From an uncultured Gaiellales bacterium (GTDB lineage: Bacteria > Actinomycetota > Thermoleophilia > RBG-16-64-13): a DNA stretch of 64,000 nucleotides. Where the stretch lies: contig CAYRES010000002.1 of assembly GCA_964423425.1 (NCBI GenBank), positions 76,095 through 140,094 of the forward strand, in the 5' to 3' direction. How positions within the stretch are numbered: the stretch's first letter is position 1; every line of letters begins with the position of its first letter. Both the position numbers and the translations under genes were made by a program. The notes under the pieces are model-generated. The model was not told the origin of the DNA. It searched no databases and saw only the letters and a list, made by a program, of their open reading frames with translations. Shown here piece after piece: positions 29,496 to 39,176 of the stretch.

Positions 29496-30392
29496 GTGCA
29501 CGCGCTTTCGGTCGACGTCGAGGACTTCACCAGCGCCGCGCTCTTGCTGGCCTGTGGACGGATAGCGGCGCCAACATACGAGGTCGTTCGCAATACTGAA
29601 GCGTTACTGGGTTTGTGTGCGGAGCACGAAACCCGAGCCACTTGGTTCGTGCTCGGCGAAGTGGCAGATGTTTATCCACAGCTGGTTCGCCGAATTGCCG
29701 GCGAGGGCCACGAGCTCGGAGTGCACGGCTGGCATCACCACAAAATCCATCAACTTGACCAACAGGATTACCGCCTCTCTATGGCGAGAGCGAAGTCTCT
29801 TCTCGAAGACCTATCCGGCAATCCCGTGCGCGGTTATCGAGCTGTGGCCATGAGCATCTCACACTCGACGTGGTGGGCGTACGAAGTGCTCGCGGAACTA
29901 GGGTTCGCTTACTCCAGCAGTGTCTTTCCTTTTCGAGGCTCACGGTATGGGCTCCCTGGGGCACCAGTCGGGCCTTACGTGGTATCAACACCGCATCATG
30001 GGCCCGTACTGGAAATACCTTTCAGCGTCGTAACCATCGGTCCCATGCGTCTGCCTGCGCTCGGCGGTGGGTATCTCCGCCATTTCCCGCTGATCTACAC
30101 GCGCTACTCTCTGTCGGCGCTTGAGAGAAGAGGCCGAAGAGCGGTGGTGTACCTCCATCCATACGAGCTCCAGGACTGTGGCGGTCTGGAAGGGCTGACA
30201 GAATCGCTTTCACCGGAAGAATACGATAGCCTGCACCGGGCTGTTCGAGGTCACTTCCGGAACCGGCATCACACAGAGGCGAAGATCCGATGGCTTCTCG
30301 GCCGAGGCAGGTTTGGCCCCCTTGAAGAGGCGTTTTCGTTGGAACTGCAGGAACTCGAAGAGAGGGCCCACGAGCGTCGATTGCAGCCTTGA
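29496..30392 (+). CDS. polysaccharide deacetylase, PEP-CTERM/exosortase-locus-type subfamily
   Basis: Starts LSVDVEDF and contains HELGVHGWHH. This resembles the deacetylase subfamily found in exosortase-associated EPS loci. Confidence 0.65.
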   Translation: MHALSVDVEDFTSAALLLACGRIAAPTYEVVRNTEALLGLCAEHETRATWFVLGEVADVYPQLVRRIAGEGHELGVHGWHHHKIHQLDQQDYRLSMARAKSLLEDLSGNPVRGYRAVAMSISHSTWWAYEVLAELGFAYSSSVFPFRGSRYGLPGAPVGPYVVSTPHHGPVLEIPFSVVTIGPMRLPALGGGYLRHFPLIYTRYSLSALERRGRRAVVYLHPYELQDCGGLEGLTESLSPEEYDSLHRAVRGHFRNRHHTEAKIRWLLGRGRFGPLEEAFSLELQELEERAHERRLQP

Positions 30393-30504
30393 CGAGTCAA
30401 TGGGAGTAATGTGGTTTGGAATGCCGCCCTGCACCAGGCCCTACTGTAGAATACTCACGGCTTCACTCGGGCCCGCACGGGAGGAACTGAGGGCATCACG
30501 CACC

Positions 30505-31149
30505 ATGGGTTTGAGGGTCGGCAATGACAGCAGAGTCAAGCGAGTCTTCGACCTGGCGCTTTCGGTTCCGGGCCTGTTGGTCATCACGCCGGTTCTCCTA
30601 TTGACTGCTGTGGCCGTCCGCCTCAGGATGGGCTCGCCAATCCTTTTTCGACAGTGTCGCCCCGGGCTGCACGGGCGGCCTTTCACGCTCCTCAAGTTCC
30701 GCACCATGACAGATGCGGCAGAAGAGCAGGCGCGCGCGCTCCCCGATGAGGAGCGCCTCACTCCTCTCGGTCGTCTGCTTCGCCGCACCAGCCTGGACGA
30801 GCTTCCTGAGGTGATCAATGTAGTCCGGGGTGACATGAGCCTGGTGGGGCCGCGGCCGTTGCTCATGAAGTACCTGGACCGCTACACTCGTGAGCAGATG
30901 CGGCGGCATGAGGTGCGGCCCGGTATCACCGGATGGGCTCAGGTGAACGGCCGGAACGCCCTCACGTGGGAGGAGAAATTCGAGCTGGATCTCTGGTACG
31001 TTGACAACCAATCATTGTGGCTGGATATGAAGATACTGTGGATGACGGTGGCTCAGGTGATCGGGGGGCGAGGGGTGTCGGCGCGGGGGCATGCGACCAT
31101 GCCGGAGTTCACAGGAGGTCTGGTCTCCACCTGGAGTGAACGCTCATGA
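30505..31149 (+). CDS. undecaprenyl-phosphate sugar phosphotransferase (bacterial sugar transferase, PglC/WbaP C-terminal type)
   Basis: KRVFDLALS...PILFRQ.R.G..G.PF...KFRTM...DELPQ..NVVRGDMSLVGPRP is the canonical Bac_transf domain. Confidence 0.8.
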   Translation: MGLRVGNDSRVKRVFDLALSVPGLLVITPVLLLTAVAVRLRMGSPILFRQCRPGLHGRPFTLLKFRTMTDAAEEQARALPDEERLTPLGRLLRRTSLDELPEVINVVRGDMSLVGPRPLLMKYLDRYTREQMRRHEVRPGITGWAQVNGRNALTWEEKFELDLWYVDNQSLWLDMKILWMTVAQVIGGRGVSARGHATMPEFTGGLVSTWSERS

Positions 31150-31811
31150 GTTCTGGAGGTACTTCCGGGGGCAGGAGAAGAATCGCGGTGCTCGGGGCAG
31201 GAGGCCACGCCAAAGTCGTCATCAGTACTCTCCAGGCTTGTGGTCTTCTTGATCTCGCCCTGTACGATGATGAACCCTCCAAAGCTGGAACCCATGTACT
31301 TGGCGTTGAGGTGAGAGGTACGCTCGAACTCGTTGCACGGGGAATCTTCGGTGCGGTCGTGATCGCGATTGGCGACAACCAGATGAGGCACAGCATTGTC
31401 CGGAGACTTGGGGATCGTACGTGGGTCTGTGTAGTCCATCCGACAGCGTGTATTCACGAGTCGGTGAGCGTCGGAGTGGGCACCGTGGTGTTTGCTTCAG
31501 TTACTCTTCAACCCGACGTGACCGTTGGTGCTCACTCCATTCTGAATACAGGTGCGATAGTTGATCACGACTGCTTTATCGGTGATTACGCGCATGTGTG
31601 CCCCGGGGTTGTGCTGACTGGGGGTGTCCATGTCGGCGAGGGAGCCTTGATCGGGGCCGGTTCGACTGTGGCTCCGGGTGTAAGAATCGGTGAGTGGGCC
31701 ACTGTGGGTGCCGGGACAATGGTGTTGCGTGACGTCCCCGCTCAAGCACTTGTGGCCGGCAATCCGGGGCGGCTGCTCCAAGACGGTGTTGTGCGGGATC
31801 TGCCGCGTTGA
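31146..31811 (+). CDS. hexapeptide-repeat sugar N-acetyltransferase, PglD/NeuD family
   Basis: N-terminal Rossmann-like IAVLGAGGHAKVV plus a C-terminal left-handed beta-helix, the architecture of the NeuD/PglB/PglD family. Confidence 0.75.
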   Translation: MSSGGTSGGRRRIAVLGAGGHAKVVISTLQACGLLDLALYDDEPSKAGTHVLGVEVRGTLELVARGIFGAVVIAIGDNQMRHSIVRRLGDRTWVCVVHPTACIHESVSVGVGTVVFASVTLQPDVTVGAHSILNTGAIVDHDCFIGDYAHVCPGVVLTGGVHVGEGALIGAGSTVAPGVRIGEWATVGAGTMVLRDVPAQALVAGNPGRLLQDGVVRDLPR

Positions 31812-33016
31812 AACCCGAGAAGGCACACCGGCTGTCGTTCCCATCTACCCCTTCCTGGCCGCCTTGGCCCTCCCCCACCGAGGAAGAGATGGCCGCAGTG
31901 GCCTCCGTTCTCTCCTCCGGCCGCGTCAACTACTGGACCGGGGAAGAAGGCCGCCTCTTTGAGAACGAGTTCGCCGCCGCCGTGGGCTGCGCCCACGGGG
32001 TGGCGCTCATGAATGGGTCGGTGGCCCTTGACGCGGCCCTTAAGGCATGCGGAGTTGGGCCGGGCGACGAAGTGGTGGTGACGCCGCATTCCTTCGTGGC
32101 CTCTGCGAGCTCGGTGGTGCTGGTGGGGGCACGGCCTGTGTTTGCCGATGTCGACCCTGATAGCCAGAACCTGACGGCGGAGACCATCGAAGCGGTGGTC
32201 ACGCCGCGCACCCGGGCGGTGATTGTGGTGCACCTGGCCGGGTGGCTGTGCGAGATGGACGAGATCATGGACCTAGCCCGCGCCCGCAATTTCACGGTGA
32301 TCGAGGACTGCGCCCAAGCTCACGGTGCCCGTTATCGTGACCGGCCTGCGGGCTCTATCGGGCACTGCGCCGCCTGGTCATTCTGCCAAGACAAGATCAT
32401 GACCACCGGTGGCGAAGGGGGCATGCTCACCACGAACGACTCCGAGATCTGGGAGCGTGGCTGGTCGTTCAAGGATCACGGCCGGAGCTACGACGCCGTC
32501 TTCCACTGTGAGCATCCTCCGGGTTTCCGCTGGTTCATCGAGTCCTTCGGCACCAACCTTCGCATGACCGAGATGCAGGCTGCGCTCGGCCGGGTGCAGC
32601 TCCGCATGCTCCCGGAGTGGGTGGCTGCCCGGCGCCGAAACGCGTCCATCCTTGCCCAACGCTTCTCCCGCCTGCACGCCCTTCGTGTGACCGAGCCTCC
32701 CGCGCACATCCACCACCCCTACTACAAGTACTACGTCTTCGTGCGGCCGGAGCGTCTGCGTGCGGGCTGGTTCCGGGACCGCCTGCTGGTGGAGATCGAG
32801 CGGCGTGGGGTTCCGGTGGGGGTGGGCGTATGCCCCGAGATCTATCGGGAGAAGGCGTTCGTGAAGACGGGCTTCGTGCCGCCCGAGCGATTGCCCGTGG
32901 CACGGGAACTGGGGGAGACGTCACTCATGTTCCCAGTGCACCCTACGCTGACAGCGGAACACATGGAGGCGATGGCCGACGTGGTGCAGGAAGTGGTGGC
33001 GGAGGCCACGGGGTAG
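31808..33016 (+). CDS. DegT-family PLP aminotransferase (PglE-like)
   Basis: Canonical DegT motifs (CAQAHGA, SFCQDKIMTTGGEGGML). TTG start in a TTGA overlap. An internal ATG at 31889 is an alternative start. Confidence 0.8.
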   Translation: MKPEKAHRLSFPSTPSWPPWPSPTEEEMAAVASVLSSGRVNYWTGEEGRLFENEFAAAVGCAHGVALMNGSVALDAALKACGVGPGDEVVVTPHSFVASASSVVLVGARPVFADVDPDSQNLTAETIEAVVTPRTRAVIVVHLAGWLCEMDEIMDLARARNFTVIEDCAQAHGARYRDRPAGSIGHCAAWSFCQDKIMTTGGEGGMLTTNDSEIWERGWSFKDHGRSYDAVFHCEHPPGFRWFIESFGTNLRMTEMQAALGRVQLRMLPEWVAARRRNASILAQRFSRLHALRVTEPPAHIHHPYYKYYVFVRPERLRAGWFRDRLLVEIERRGVPVGVGVCPEIYREKAFVKTGFVPPERLPVARELGETSLMFPVHPTLTAEHMEAMADVVQEVVAEATG

Positions 33017-33150
33017 GGCAGAGGCGAAGCCTGAGGGTGGCGGTGCTGCGGTGGAGGGGGCTGCGAATTCGAAGCAGACGGCACGGTGTCTGAGGGCATC
33101 ATAGGTTTCTTACGTCTGCCTCTGCCGTTCAGGTGATCTCCGCAGGCTAC

Positions 33151-33381
33151 TCAGGCCGCTCTGTAGGCGCGAATGTCCACCTCAACTCCGGAAGCAACGG
33201 CTTCTTCGGCCATTCGCAGAACCTGTGACACAGTCGATTCGTCGAGATACTCCTCGCCACAGTTGTCGCACACTGCGGCAGGGACGTGCTTGACGACGAA
33301 TGTGAGACTCTCTCTCTCGAGCGTAACGGTGACAGTGCCGGGATGGGTCTCCCCCTTGCGGCAAATGGGACAGTTCATCAC
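33151..33381 (-). CDS. YgiT-type zinc-finger (MqsA-family, zinc-finger-only) antitoxin
   Basis: MMNCPICRKGE...CDNCGEEY is the four-Cys YgiT zinc finger. 4-nt overlap with the upstream DUF4258 gene. Confidence 0.6.
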   Translation of the reverse strand: MMNCPICRKGETHPGTVTVTLERESLTFVVKHVPAAVCDNCGEEYLDESTVSQVLRMAEEAVASGVEVDIRAYRAA

Positions 33382-33653
33382 GTTCTCCTCCTGAAACCCT
33401 CACTCCAACGGGTGGGATCCGGCTCGTACACAGTGATTACGATGGTCTCTTTTTCGGAGGTGTTGTCTGCGACCACGATATGCAGCGGGCGCTCATCGGC
33501 CCAGCCCAGCACCAAACGGCTTGGATAGGGGCTATCCTCAGGGTATTCTGCAAGAGTGTCGCCGTCGGCTAACGCTTCGCGTACCATGTTGACTGTTATC
33601 CGACGTTCGAACATCCGCTGCACAGCGTGCGCTCGGAATACCAGCTTGGGCAA
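33378..33653 (-). CDS. DUF4258 domain toxin-like protein
   Basis: AVQRMFERRIT...PSRLVLGW...RPLHIVVA...ITVYEPDP matches DUF4258. This family is commonly paired with YgiT zinc-finger antitoxins. Confidence 0.6.
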   Translation of the reverse strand: MPKLVFRAHAVQRMFERRITVNMVREALADGDTLAEYPEDSPYPSRLVLGWADERPLHIVVADNTSEKETIVITVYEPDPTRWSEGFRRRT

Positions 33654-33823
33654 ATCAGGTCACGTCCTGTCTCTGGTGATTCGACTTGTCTACGAAGCAT
33701 ACATCAGGCGCCCTCGGTCTGCAGTTGTACACCGTGTGCTTCTGGGAGCTTCTGCGTTAGGGAAGTGTTCGGGCATGCGTCCGGTGCCCGTGCCATCCAA
33801 TTCAGGAGGTGTTTGGAGTGATC

Positions 33824-35029
33824 ATGGACCCGGAAACACGGTCGGGAACCACCCCGTCTGCCGCCTTCATCCCCCTCCTCGACCTGGCGGCCCACCTTGG
33901 CCCCCTCGCTGACGACCTGCGGGCTGCTTTCGAGGAGGTGCTCGGATCTCAGCGCTTCATCATGGGGCCCAAGGTAGAGGAGTTCGAACGCGCGCTCGCC
34001 GCCTACTGCCACAGCCGTTTCGCCTACGGCGTCTCCTCGGGCACCGATGCCCTCCTGGCCGCGCTCATGGCGCTTGGGGTTCAGCCCGGGGACGAGATTG
34101 TCACCACCCCCTACACCTTCTTCGCCACCGTCGGGGCCGTGGCCCGCTTGGGGGCGGTGCCGGTGTTTGTGGATATCGATCCGGACACCTTCAACCTCGA
34201 CACCCGTCTGCTGGAGACGGCGCTCGGCTCCCGCACGCGGGGCATCATCCCCGTGCACCTCTTCGGCCAGATGGTGGAGATGGAGCCGGTGCTCCAGACG
34301 GCCCGGGAGCGGGGGCTGTGGGTGGTGGAGGATGCCGCCCAGGCCATCGGCGCCGAAGTACACGGACAACGTGCGGGCACGCTGGGGGATATCGGCTGCT
34401 TCAGCTTCTTCCCCTCCAAGAACTTGGGCTGCCTGGGAGACGGCGGGGCGGTGACCACGGAAGGCGAGGCGCTCGCGGCTACCCTCGACGTCCTCCGCAA
34501 CCACGGGGCCCGGCCCAAGTATCACCATGCCTTGGTAGGGGCCAACTTCCGGCTCGATGCCCTGCAGGCGGCCGTGCTCTTGGTGAAGCTGCCGCATCTC
34601 GACTCGTGGACGGCCTCTCGGCAGGCCAACGCCGCCCGCTACCGGCGGCTGTTCGTGGAGGCGGGGCTGGCGGCGCGCCCGGAAGGTGGCGGGGGCGGTG
34701 TGGGAAGTCCGGCTCTCAAGGAGGCGCCGGTGGTGCTGCCCCATGAAGCTCCGGAACGACGCCACATCTACAACCAGTTCGTGCTGCGGGTGCGCGACCG
34801 CGACGGGCTCCTGGCTCACCTGCGGGAACACCAGGTGGGCTGCGAGGTCTACTACCCCGTGCCCCTGCACGAGCAGGAGTGCTTCGCGAGTCTGGGCTAC
34901 CGGCGGGGCGACTTCCCCGAGGCCGAGCTCGCCGCCCGGCAGACGCTCGCTCTGCCCATCTACCCGGAACTCAAAGACGCGCAGGCGGAGCGGGTGGTGG
35001 GGGTCATCGCCGAGTTCTACGGATGTTAG
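33824..35029 (+). CDS. DegT-family PLP aminotransferase (WbpE-like 3-aminotransferase candidate)
   Basis: IPLLDL...[13 protein letters not shown]...[18 protein letters not shown] are canonical motifs. ATG 14 nt downstream of GGAGG. Confidence 0.8.
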   Translation: MDPETRSGTTPSAAFIPLLDLAAHLGPLADDLRAAFEEVLGSQRFIMGPKVEEFERALAAYCHSRFAYGVSSGTDALLAALMALGVQPGDEIVTTPYTFFATVGAVARLGAVPVFVDIDPDTFNLDTRLLETALGSRTRGIIPVHLFGQMVEMEPVLQTARERGLWVVEDAAQAIGAEVHGQRAGTLGDIGCFSFFPSKNLGCLGDGGAVTTEGEALAATLDVLRNHGARPKYHHALVGANFRLDALQAAVLLVKLPHLDSWTASRQANAARYRRLFVEAGLAARPEGGGGGVGSPALKEAPVVLPHEAPERRHIYNQFVLRVRDRDGLLAHLREHQVGCEVYYPVPLHEQECFASLGYRRGDFPEAELAARQTLALPIYPELKDAQAERVVGVIAEFYGC

Positions 35030-35547
35030 AGCCCCAGCGTCCTGCGGATGTCCTTCATCAGCAGGAGCAGGTGTAGGTCGTCGATGGGAGACGGCTCGAA
35101 ATCGTACGCGCGGTAGAATGCACCAGCCCGCTCGTCGACCGCATGAACCAACACCGCTCGTCCGCCGATCACCTCGGCGCCCTCCACAGCCCGGCGCAGT
35201 GCATCGAGGAGCATATGGCTCCCCAGTCCTTTTCCCTGCTCGGTGTGGTCCACCGCCAGTCGAGCCAGGAGGATGACTGGAATGTGCTGCTGCCCTTGGC
35301 CCTTGGCCACGCGGCCGGGGACCTCCGCCGGAGCGACGCTCCCTGGAGCGAGACTGTAGTATGTGACCACTGTGTCGTCACGTGTGGCGACATAGGTGCG
35401 GGCCTTGCCGCCTTTCTGATCCTGGAGGGCGTAGTGTCGAAGGAAGCTGTTCAGAGAGGAGACCTCACAGTCGAACGAGTCGACGCGGTGGACGGCTGTG
35501 AGCAGTGTGGGTCTCTGGATGGGGTCTGCTGCCGGGGAGTCATCCAT
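35026..35547 (-). CDS. GNAT-family toxin (TacT/AtaT/KacT-like acetyltransferase)
   Basis: GNAT core ([20 protein letters not shown]) with an upstream DUF1778 partner gene overlapping by a few nt. Start taken at the MDDSPAAD methionine. Confidence 0.6.
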   Translation of the reverse strand: MDDSPAADPIQRPTLLTAVHRVDSFDCEVSSLNSFLRHYALQDQKGGKARTYVATRDDTVVTYYSLAPGSVAPAEVPGRVAKGQGQQHIPVILLARLAVDHTEQGKGLGSHMLLDALRRAVEGAEVIGGRAVLVHAVDERAGAFYRAYDFEPSPIDDLHLLLLMKDIRRTLGL

Positions 35548-35827
35548 CGAAGGGACTGGGCTCCTGAAGCAGTCGCTGAATTGCCGGAAGCTCGCGCGGC
35601 TCCGCATCCAGTCGCTCGGTGAATGCCTTCCACTGGTCCGGTGGAAGCTCGAAGCGGGTGGTGTCCGCGAGCAACCGCTCGGCCGACGACACGGCTTCGC
35701 GCACCACAAAGGCGCTCGTACTCAGGCGCAGGCGGTTGGATGCCCTCTCGATGGTCTCCTTCTCACGGCGAGACACCCGGATGCTCAGCCGGGTTGTCTT
35801 CTTGTCGGATGTGGGTGGCGTAGGCAT
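35540..35827 (-). CDS. DUF1778 ribbon-helix-helix antitoxin (TacA/AtaR-like)
   Basis: KKTTRLSIRVSRREKETIERAS is the characteristic DUF1778 N-terminus. Overlaps the GNAT toxin gene. Confidence 0.65.
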   Translation of the reverse strand: MPTPPTSDKKTTRLSIRVSRREKETIERASNRLRLSTSAFVVREAVSSAERLLADTTRFELPPDQWKAFTERLDAEPRELPAIQRLLQEPSPFDG

Positions 35828-36047
35828 GAAATACACCTCCTGCTCATCATTGTACACACAATGTGCGTACTTGTGGCCGGGGTGGGTGGCACGCGGGGAC
35901 TTTCTTCGAGACAGGCGTGGTGCCGGGCCGCTGAACGCTCCTCATAGTGTATAAAGGGGACGTGCTTTCTGATTGTGGACTGCCGCTGACGGGGGAGGCG
36001 TGGTCGACCCATCGAGTGTACGTCATGGAGCAAAGGGAGGACGGGCG

Positions 36048-37058
36048 GTGAACTTCGCTGTCATCGGTGTGGCCGGATACATCGCACCCCGGCACCTGCA
36101 GGCTATCCGCGACGTGGGAGGGCGGCTGGTCGCGGCCGCCGACCCGCATGACGCCGTGGGCCGGCTCGACGCCCTGGGCTTCGATGTCCGCTACTTCCCC
36201 GAGATCGAGCGCTTCGACCGTTTCCTCTACAAACAGCATCGGGGGTTGAACGGCACGCCGGTCGACTACGTGAGCGTCTGCACCCCCAACTACCTGCACG
36301 ACGCCCACATCCGCCTCGCGCTGCGCAACGGCGCCGATGCCATCTGCGAGAAGCCCCTTGTCATCAACCCCTGGAACCTCGACCAACTGCAGGAACTCGA
36401 GCAGGAGACCGGCCGCCGTATCTACACGGTGTTGCAGTTGCGGCTGCATCCGTCGCTCGTGGCGCTCAAGAAGCGACTGGACGCCGAGGTGCGTGCGGCT
36501 CCGGGCGCGCCGGCGGCTGGGCCGGCGCCGGCGGCGGGCGGCCCGGTACGTCGCCATCAGGTCGACCTCACCTACATCACCAGCCGAGGCGCCTGGTACG
36601 ACGTGTCCTGGAAGGGCCAGGAGCAGCGCTCGGGCGGGGTGGCCGTGAACATCGGCATCCACTTCTTCGACCTGCTGTTGTGGCTCTTCGGGCCCTGCCG
36701 GGAGGCGCGCGTGCATCTGTCTGAGCCGCGGCGCATGGGAGGCTCTCTGGAGCTCGAACGTGCGGACGTGCGCTGGCTGCTCTCGGTCGACCGGACCGAT
36801 CTTCCCGCGCAGGCTGCGGCCACGGGCAAGACCACCTACCGCTCGCTCACGCTCGACGGCGCCGAGGTGGAGTTCAGCGACGGCTTCACCGATCTCCACA
36901 CCGAGGTATACCGGTCCACCCTGGCGGGTGAGGGCTTCGGTATCGCCGATGCGCGCCCTTCCATCGAGCTCACGCATCGTATCCGCACCACGCCGGTGAC
37001 GCCGCCGGAAGGGCCGACCGAATTCGGCGCGCACGCACAGAATCGCGGTGACGCGTAA
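36048..37058 (+). CDS. Gfo/Idh/MocA-family NAD-dependent oxidoreductase (WbpB-like UDP-sugar 3-dehydrogenase candidate)
   Basis: VNFAVIGVAGYIAPRH Rossmann start and the EKP motif (AICEKPL). GTG start 8 nt after AAGGGAGGA. Confidence 0.75.
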   Translation: MNFAVIGVAGYIAPRHLQAIRDVGGRLVAAADPHDAVGRLDALGFDVRYFPEIERFDRFLYKQHRGLNGTPVDYVSVCTPNYLHDAHIRLALRNGADAICEKPLVINPWNLDQLQELEQETGRRIYTVLQLRLHPSLVALKKRLDAEVRAAPGAPAAGPAPAAGGPVRRHQVDLTYITSRGAWYDVSWKGQEQRSGGVAVNIGIHFFDLLLWLFGPCREARVHLSEPRRMGGSLELERADVRWLLSVDRTDLPAQAAATGKTTYRSLTLDGAEVEFSDGFTDLHTEVYRSTLAGEGFGIADARPSIELTHRIRTTPVTPPEGPTEFGAHAQNRGDA

Positions 37059-37356
37059 GCGTCCCTGCTATGAAGCACGCACAGGTGGTGGAAGGGTCGC
37101 AGTGTCTGCGACTTGAGCAGATGAGAAGGGGTCTTCGTGAATGGCAGCTGCGCTGCTAACGTTTGCCGGTGTGTTGCCCGCCGGCGATGGGAACCACCAA
37201 GCGTGTTGGGTGAGCGTGGGAGTGCAGAGGAAGACGCAGGTATTCGACATGGTGGGTTGTCACATGAGAGGTGCTGGCGGCTTGGGATTGTTGGTGGAGA
37301 GAATGGGGCAGCATGCCGCGTGACCGCTATCTGCGCGCGGAGAGGGAAGGAATTCG

Positions 37357-38370
37357 ATGAGTGTACTCGTGACCGGTGCGGCCGGTTTCATCGGTTCGGT
37401 GGTGGCGCGGAGACTGCTCGAAGACGGCCACACAGTGGTGGGATTCGACAACCTGAACAACGCATACGACCCCCGCATGAAAGACCATCGCCTGCAGGAG
37501 CTGCGGGAGTGGTCTGTGACTCGTACCGGCGCCCCTGAGGGCGGCGCGTGCGCCGGCTTCCATTTCCAGGCCGTGGATATCGCCGAGCTGGTGGCGCTGG
37601 AGGAGGCATGGGCGAAGTGTGGTCCCTTCGAAGCGGTGATCAACCTGGCTGCCCGGGCGGGAGTGCGCCAGAGCGTGGAGAATCCTTGGGTCTACGTCGA
37701 CACCAACATCACCGGCACGCTCAACCTGCTCGAGCTCTGCCGTCGGGACGGTCCGGCGAAGTTCGTCCTAGCCTCCACCTCCAGCCTGTACGGCTCCCAC
37801 AATCCGCTGCCCTACGCGGAGGACGCCGATACCAACCGCCCGCTCTCCCCCTATGCCGCTTCCAAGAAGGGCGCCGAGACCCTCTGCCACACCTACCACT
37901 TCCTGCACGGCCTCGATGTGACGGTCTTTCGCTACTTCACGGTCTATGGTCCGGCCGGTCGTCCCGATATGAGCGTTTTTCGCTTCGTACAGTGGGTGAG
38001 CGAGGGGCGGCCGGTGCAGGTGTTCGGCGATGGGGGCCAGTCCCGCGACTTCACCTACGTGGACGACATCGCCCGGGGCACCATTGCCGGCTTGCGCCCG
38101 CTGGGGTACGAGGTGATCAACCTGGGCGGAGATCAGCCGGCGGAGCTCAAGAGGCTGATTCAATTGGTGGAGGCAGCCACTGGGCGAGAAGCACGGCTGG
38201 AGTACGGACCCGCCCACCCCGCCGACGTGGCGGCCACCTGGGCCTCTATCGAGAAGGCGGGGGAGCTGCTCGGCTGGCGGCCCGAGGTATCACTTGAGGA
38301 AGGGGTGGCCCGCACGGTGGAGTGGTACCGGTCCAACCAGGAGTGGGCACGGGAGATCAGAACGGATTGA
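37357..38370 (+). CDS. NAD-dependent nucleotide-sugar epimerase (UDP-glucuronate/GlcNAcA 4-epimerase-like SDR)
   Basis: MSVLVTGAAGFIGS...YAASK catalytic Y/K. Preceded by GAGGGAAGGA. Confidence 0.75.
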   Translation: MSVLVTGAAGFIGSVVARRLLEDGHTVVGFDNLNNAYDPRMKDHRLQELREWSVTRTGAPEGGACAGFHFQAVDIAELVALEEAWAKCGPFEAVINLAARAGVRQSVENPWVYVDTNITGTLNLLELCRRDGPAKFVLASTSSLYGSHNPLPYAEDADTNRPLSPYAASKKGAETLCHTYHFLHGLDVTVFRYFTVYGPAGRPDMSVFRFVQWVSEGRPVQVFGDGGQSRDFTYVDDIARGTIAGLRPLGYEVINLGGDQPAELKRLIQLVEAATGREARLEYGPAHPADVAATWASIEKAGELLGWRPEVSLEEGVARTVEWYRSNQEWAREIRTD

Positions 38371-38564
38371 GCGTGCGGGAGGCGGAGAACAACCCGAGCT
38401 GAGATGCTACGAGGTCAAGTTGGCCGTGCAGGCGAGAGAGGATAGGCTTGTGCGCGAGCGTGTGGGTAAGGTGAAGAAGAGGATATTCACGGAGAGTGCT
38501 GAAGTCGAGGTAGGCCCGCCCATCTCGGGGTTAGGAATGCGCACACGTCTTGGAGCGCCCAGGC

Positions 38565-39176
38565 ATGACTGAACCAAGCATACACAAGGACGCCTTCATC
38601 CATCCCACCGCCGTGGTCGATGAGGGGGCTGAGATCGCGGCCGGCAGCAAGGTGTGGCACTTCTGTCACGTGATGGCGGGTGCCCGCATAGGGGCGGGGG
38701 TGGTGCTCGGCCAGAACTGCTTCGTGGCGCCGGGGGTGGTCGTGGGGGACGGCTGCCGTATCCAGAACAACGTGTCGTTGTTTGCGGGGGTCATCCTGGA
38801 GGAGCGGGTGTTCTGCGGGCCCTCGGCGGTGTTCACCAATGTCTCGACGCCGCGGGCGGGAGTCGATCGGCACGAGGGCTTCGAGACCACGCTGGTGCGG
38901 CGGGGAGCCTCGCTGGGGGCCAATTGCACCGTGGTGTGCGGCTGCACCATCGGGGAGTATGCGTTGGTAGGCGCCGGTGCGGTGGTGACGGCGGACGTGC
39001 CCGCCTACCGGCTGATGCTGGGGGTGCCGGCGCGCCCGGCCGGGTGGATGTGCCGCTGCGGAGAGGTGCTGCCGCTTGCGGCAGACGCTGAAGTGGCCGG
39101 CGAGACCTTCTGCGGGCGCTGTGGCGACGCCTACGTGGTGAATGAAGAAGGCGGGCTCAGTCCACGAGGCACGTGA
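38565..39176 (+). CDS. hexapeptide-repeat N-acetyltransferase (WbpD/WlbB-like)
   Basis: Left-handed beta-helix repeats throughout ([51 protein letters not shown]). Confidence 0.7.
   Translation: MTEPSIHKDAFIHPTAVVDEGAEIAAGSKVWHFCHVMAGARIGAGVVLGQNCFVAPGVVVGDGCRIQNNVSLFAGVILEERVFCGPSAVFTNVSTPRAGVDRHEGFETTLVRRGASLGANCTVVCGCTIGEYALVGAGAVVTADVPAYRLMLGVPARPAGWMCRCGEVLPLAADAEVAGETFCGRCGDAYVVNEEGGLSPRGT

Noticed and set aside
33704-34870. 388-aa minus-strand ORF
   Set aside because: Antisense to the DegT aminotransferase with strong motifs. Composition-driven open frame.
35847-37034. 395-aa minus-strand ORF
   Set aside because: Antisense to the Gfo/Idh/MocA oxidoreductase gene. No motifs. R-rich.
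37110-37126. GTCGCAG-TGT-CTGCGAC palindrome after the oxidoreductase gene as a terminator
   Set aside because: Only a 7-bp stem with no downstream U-tract. Too weak to call.
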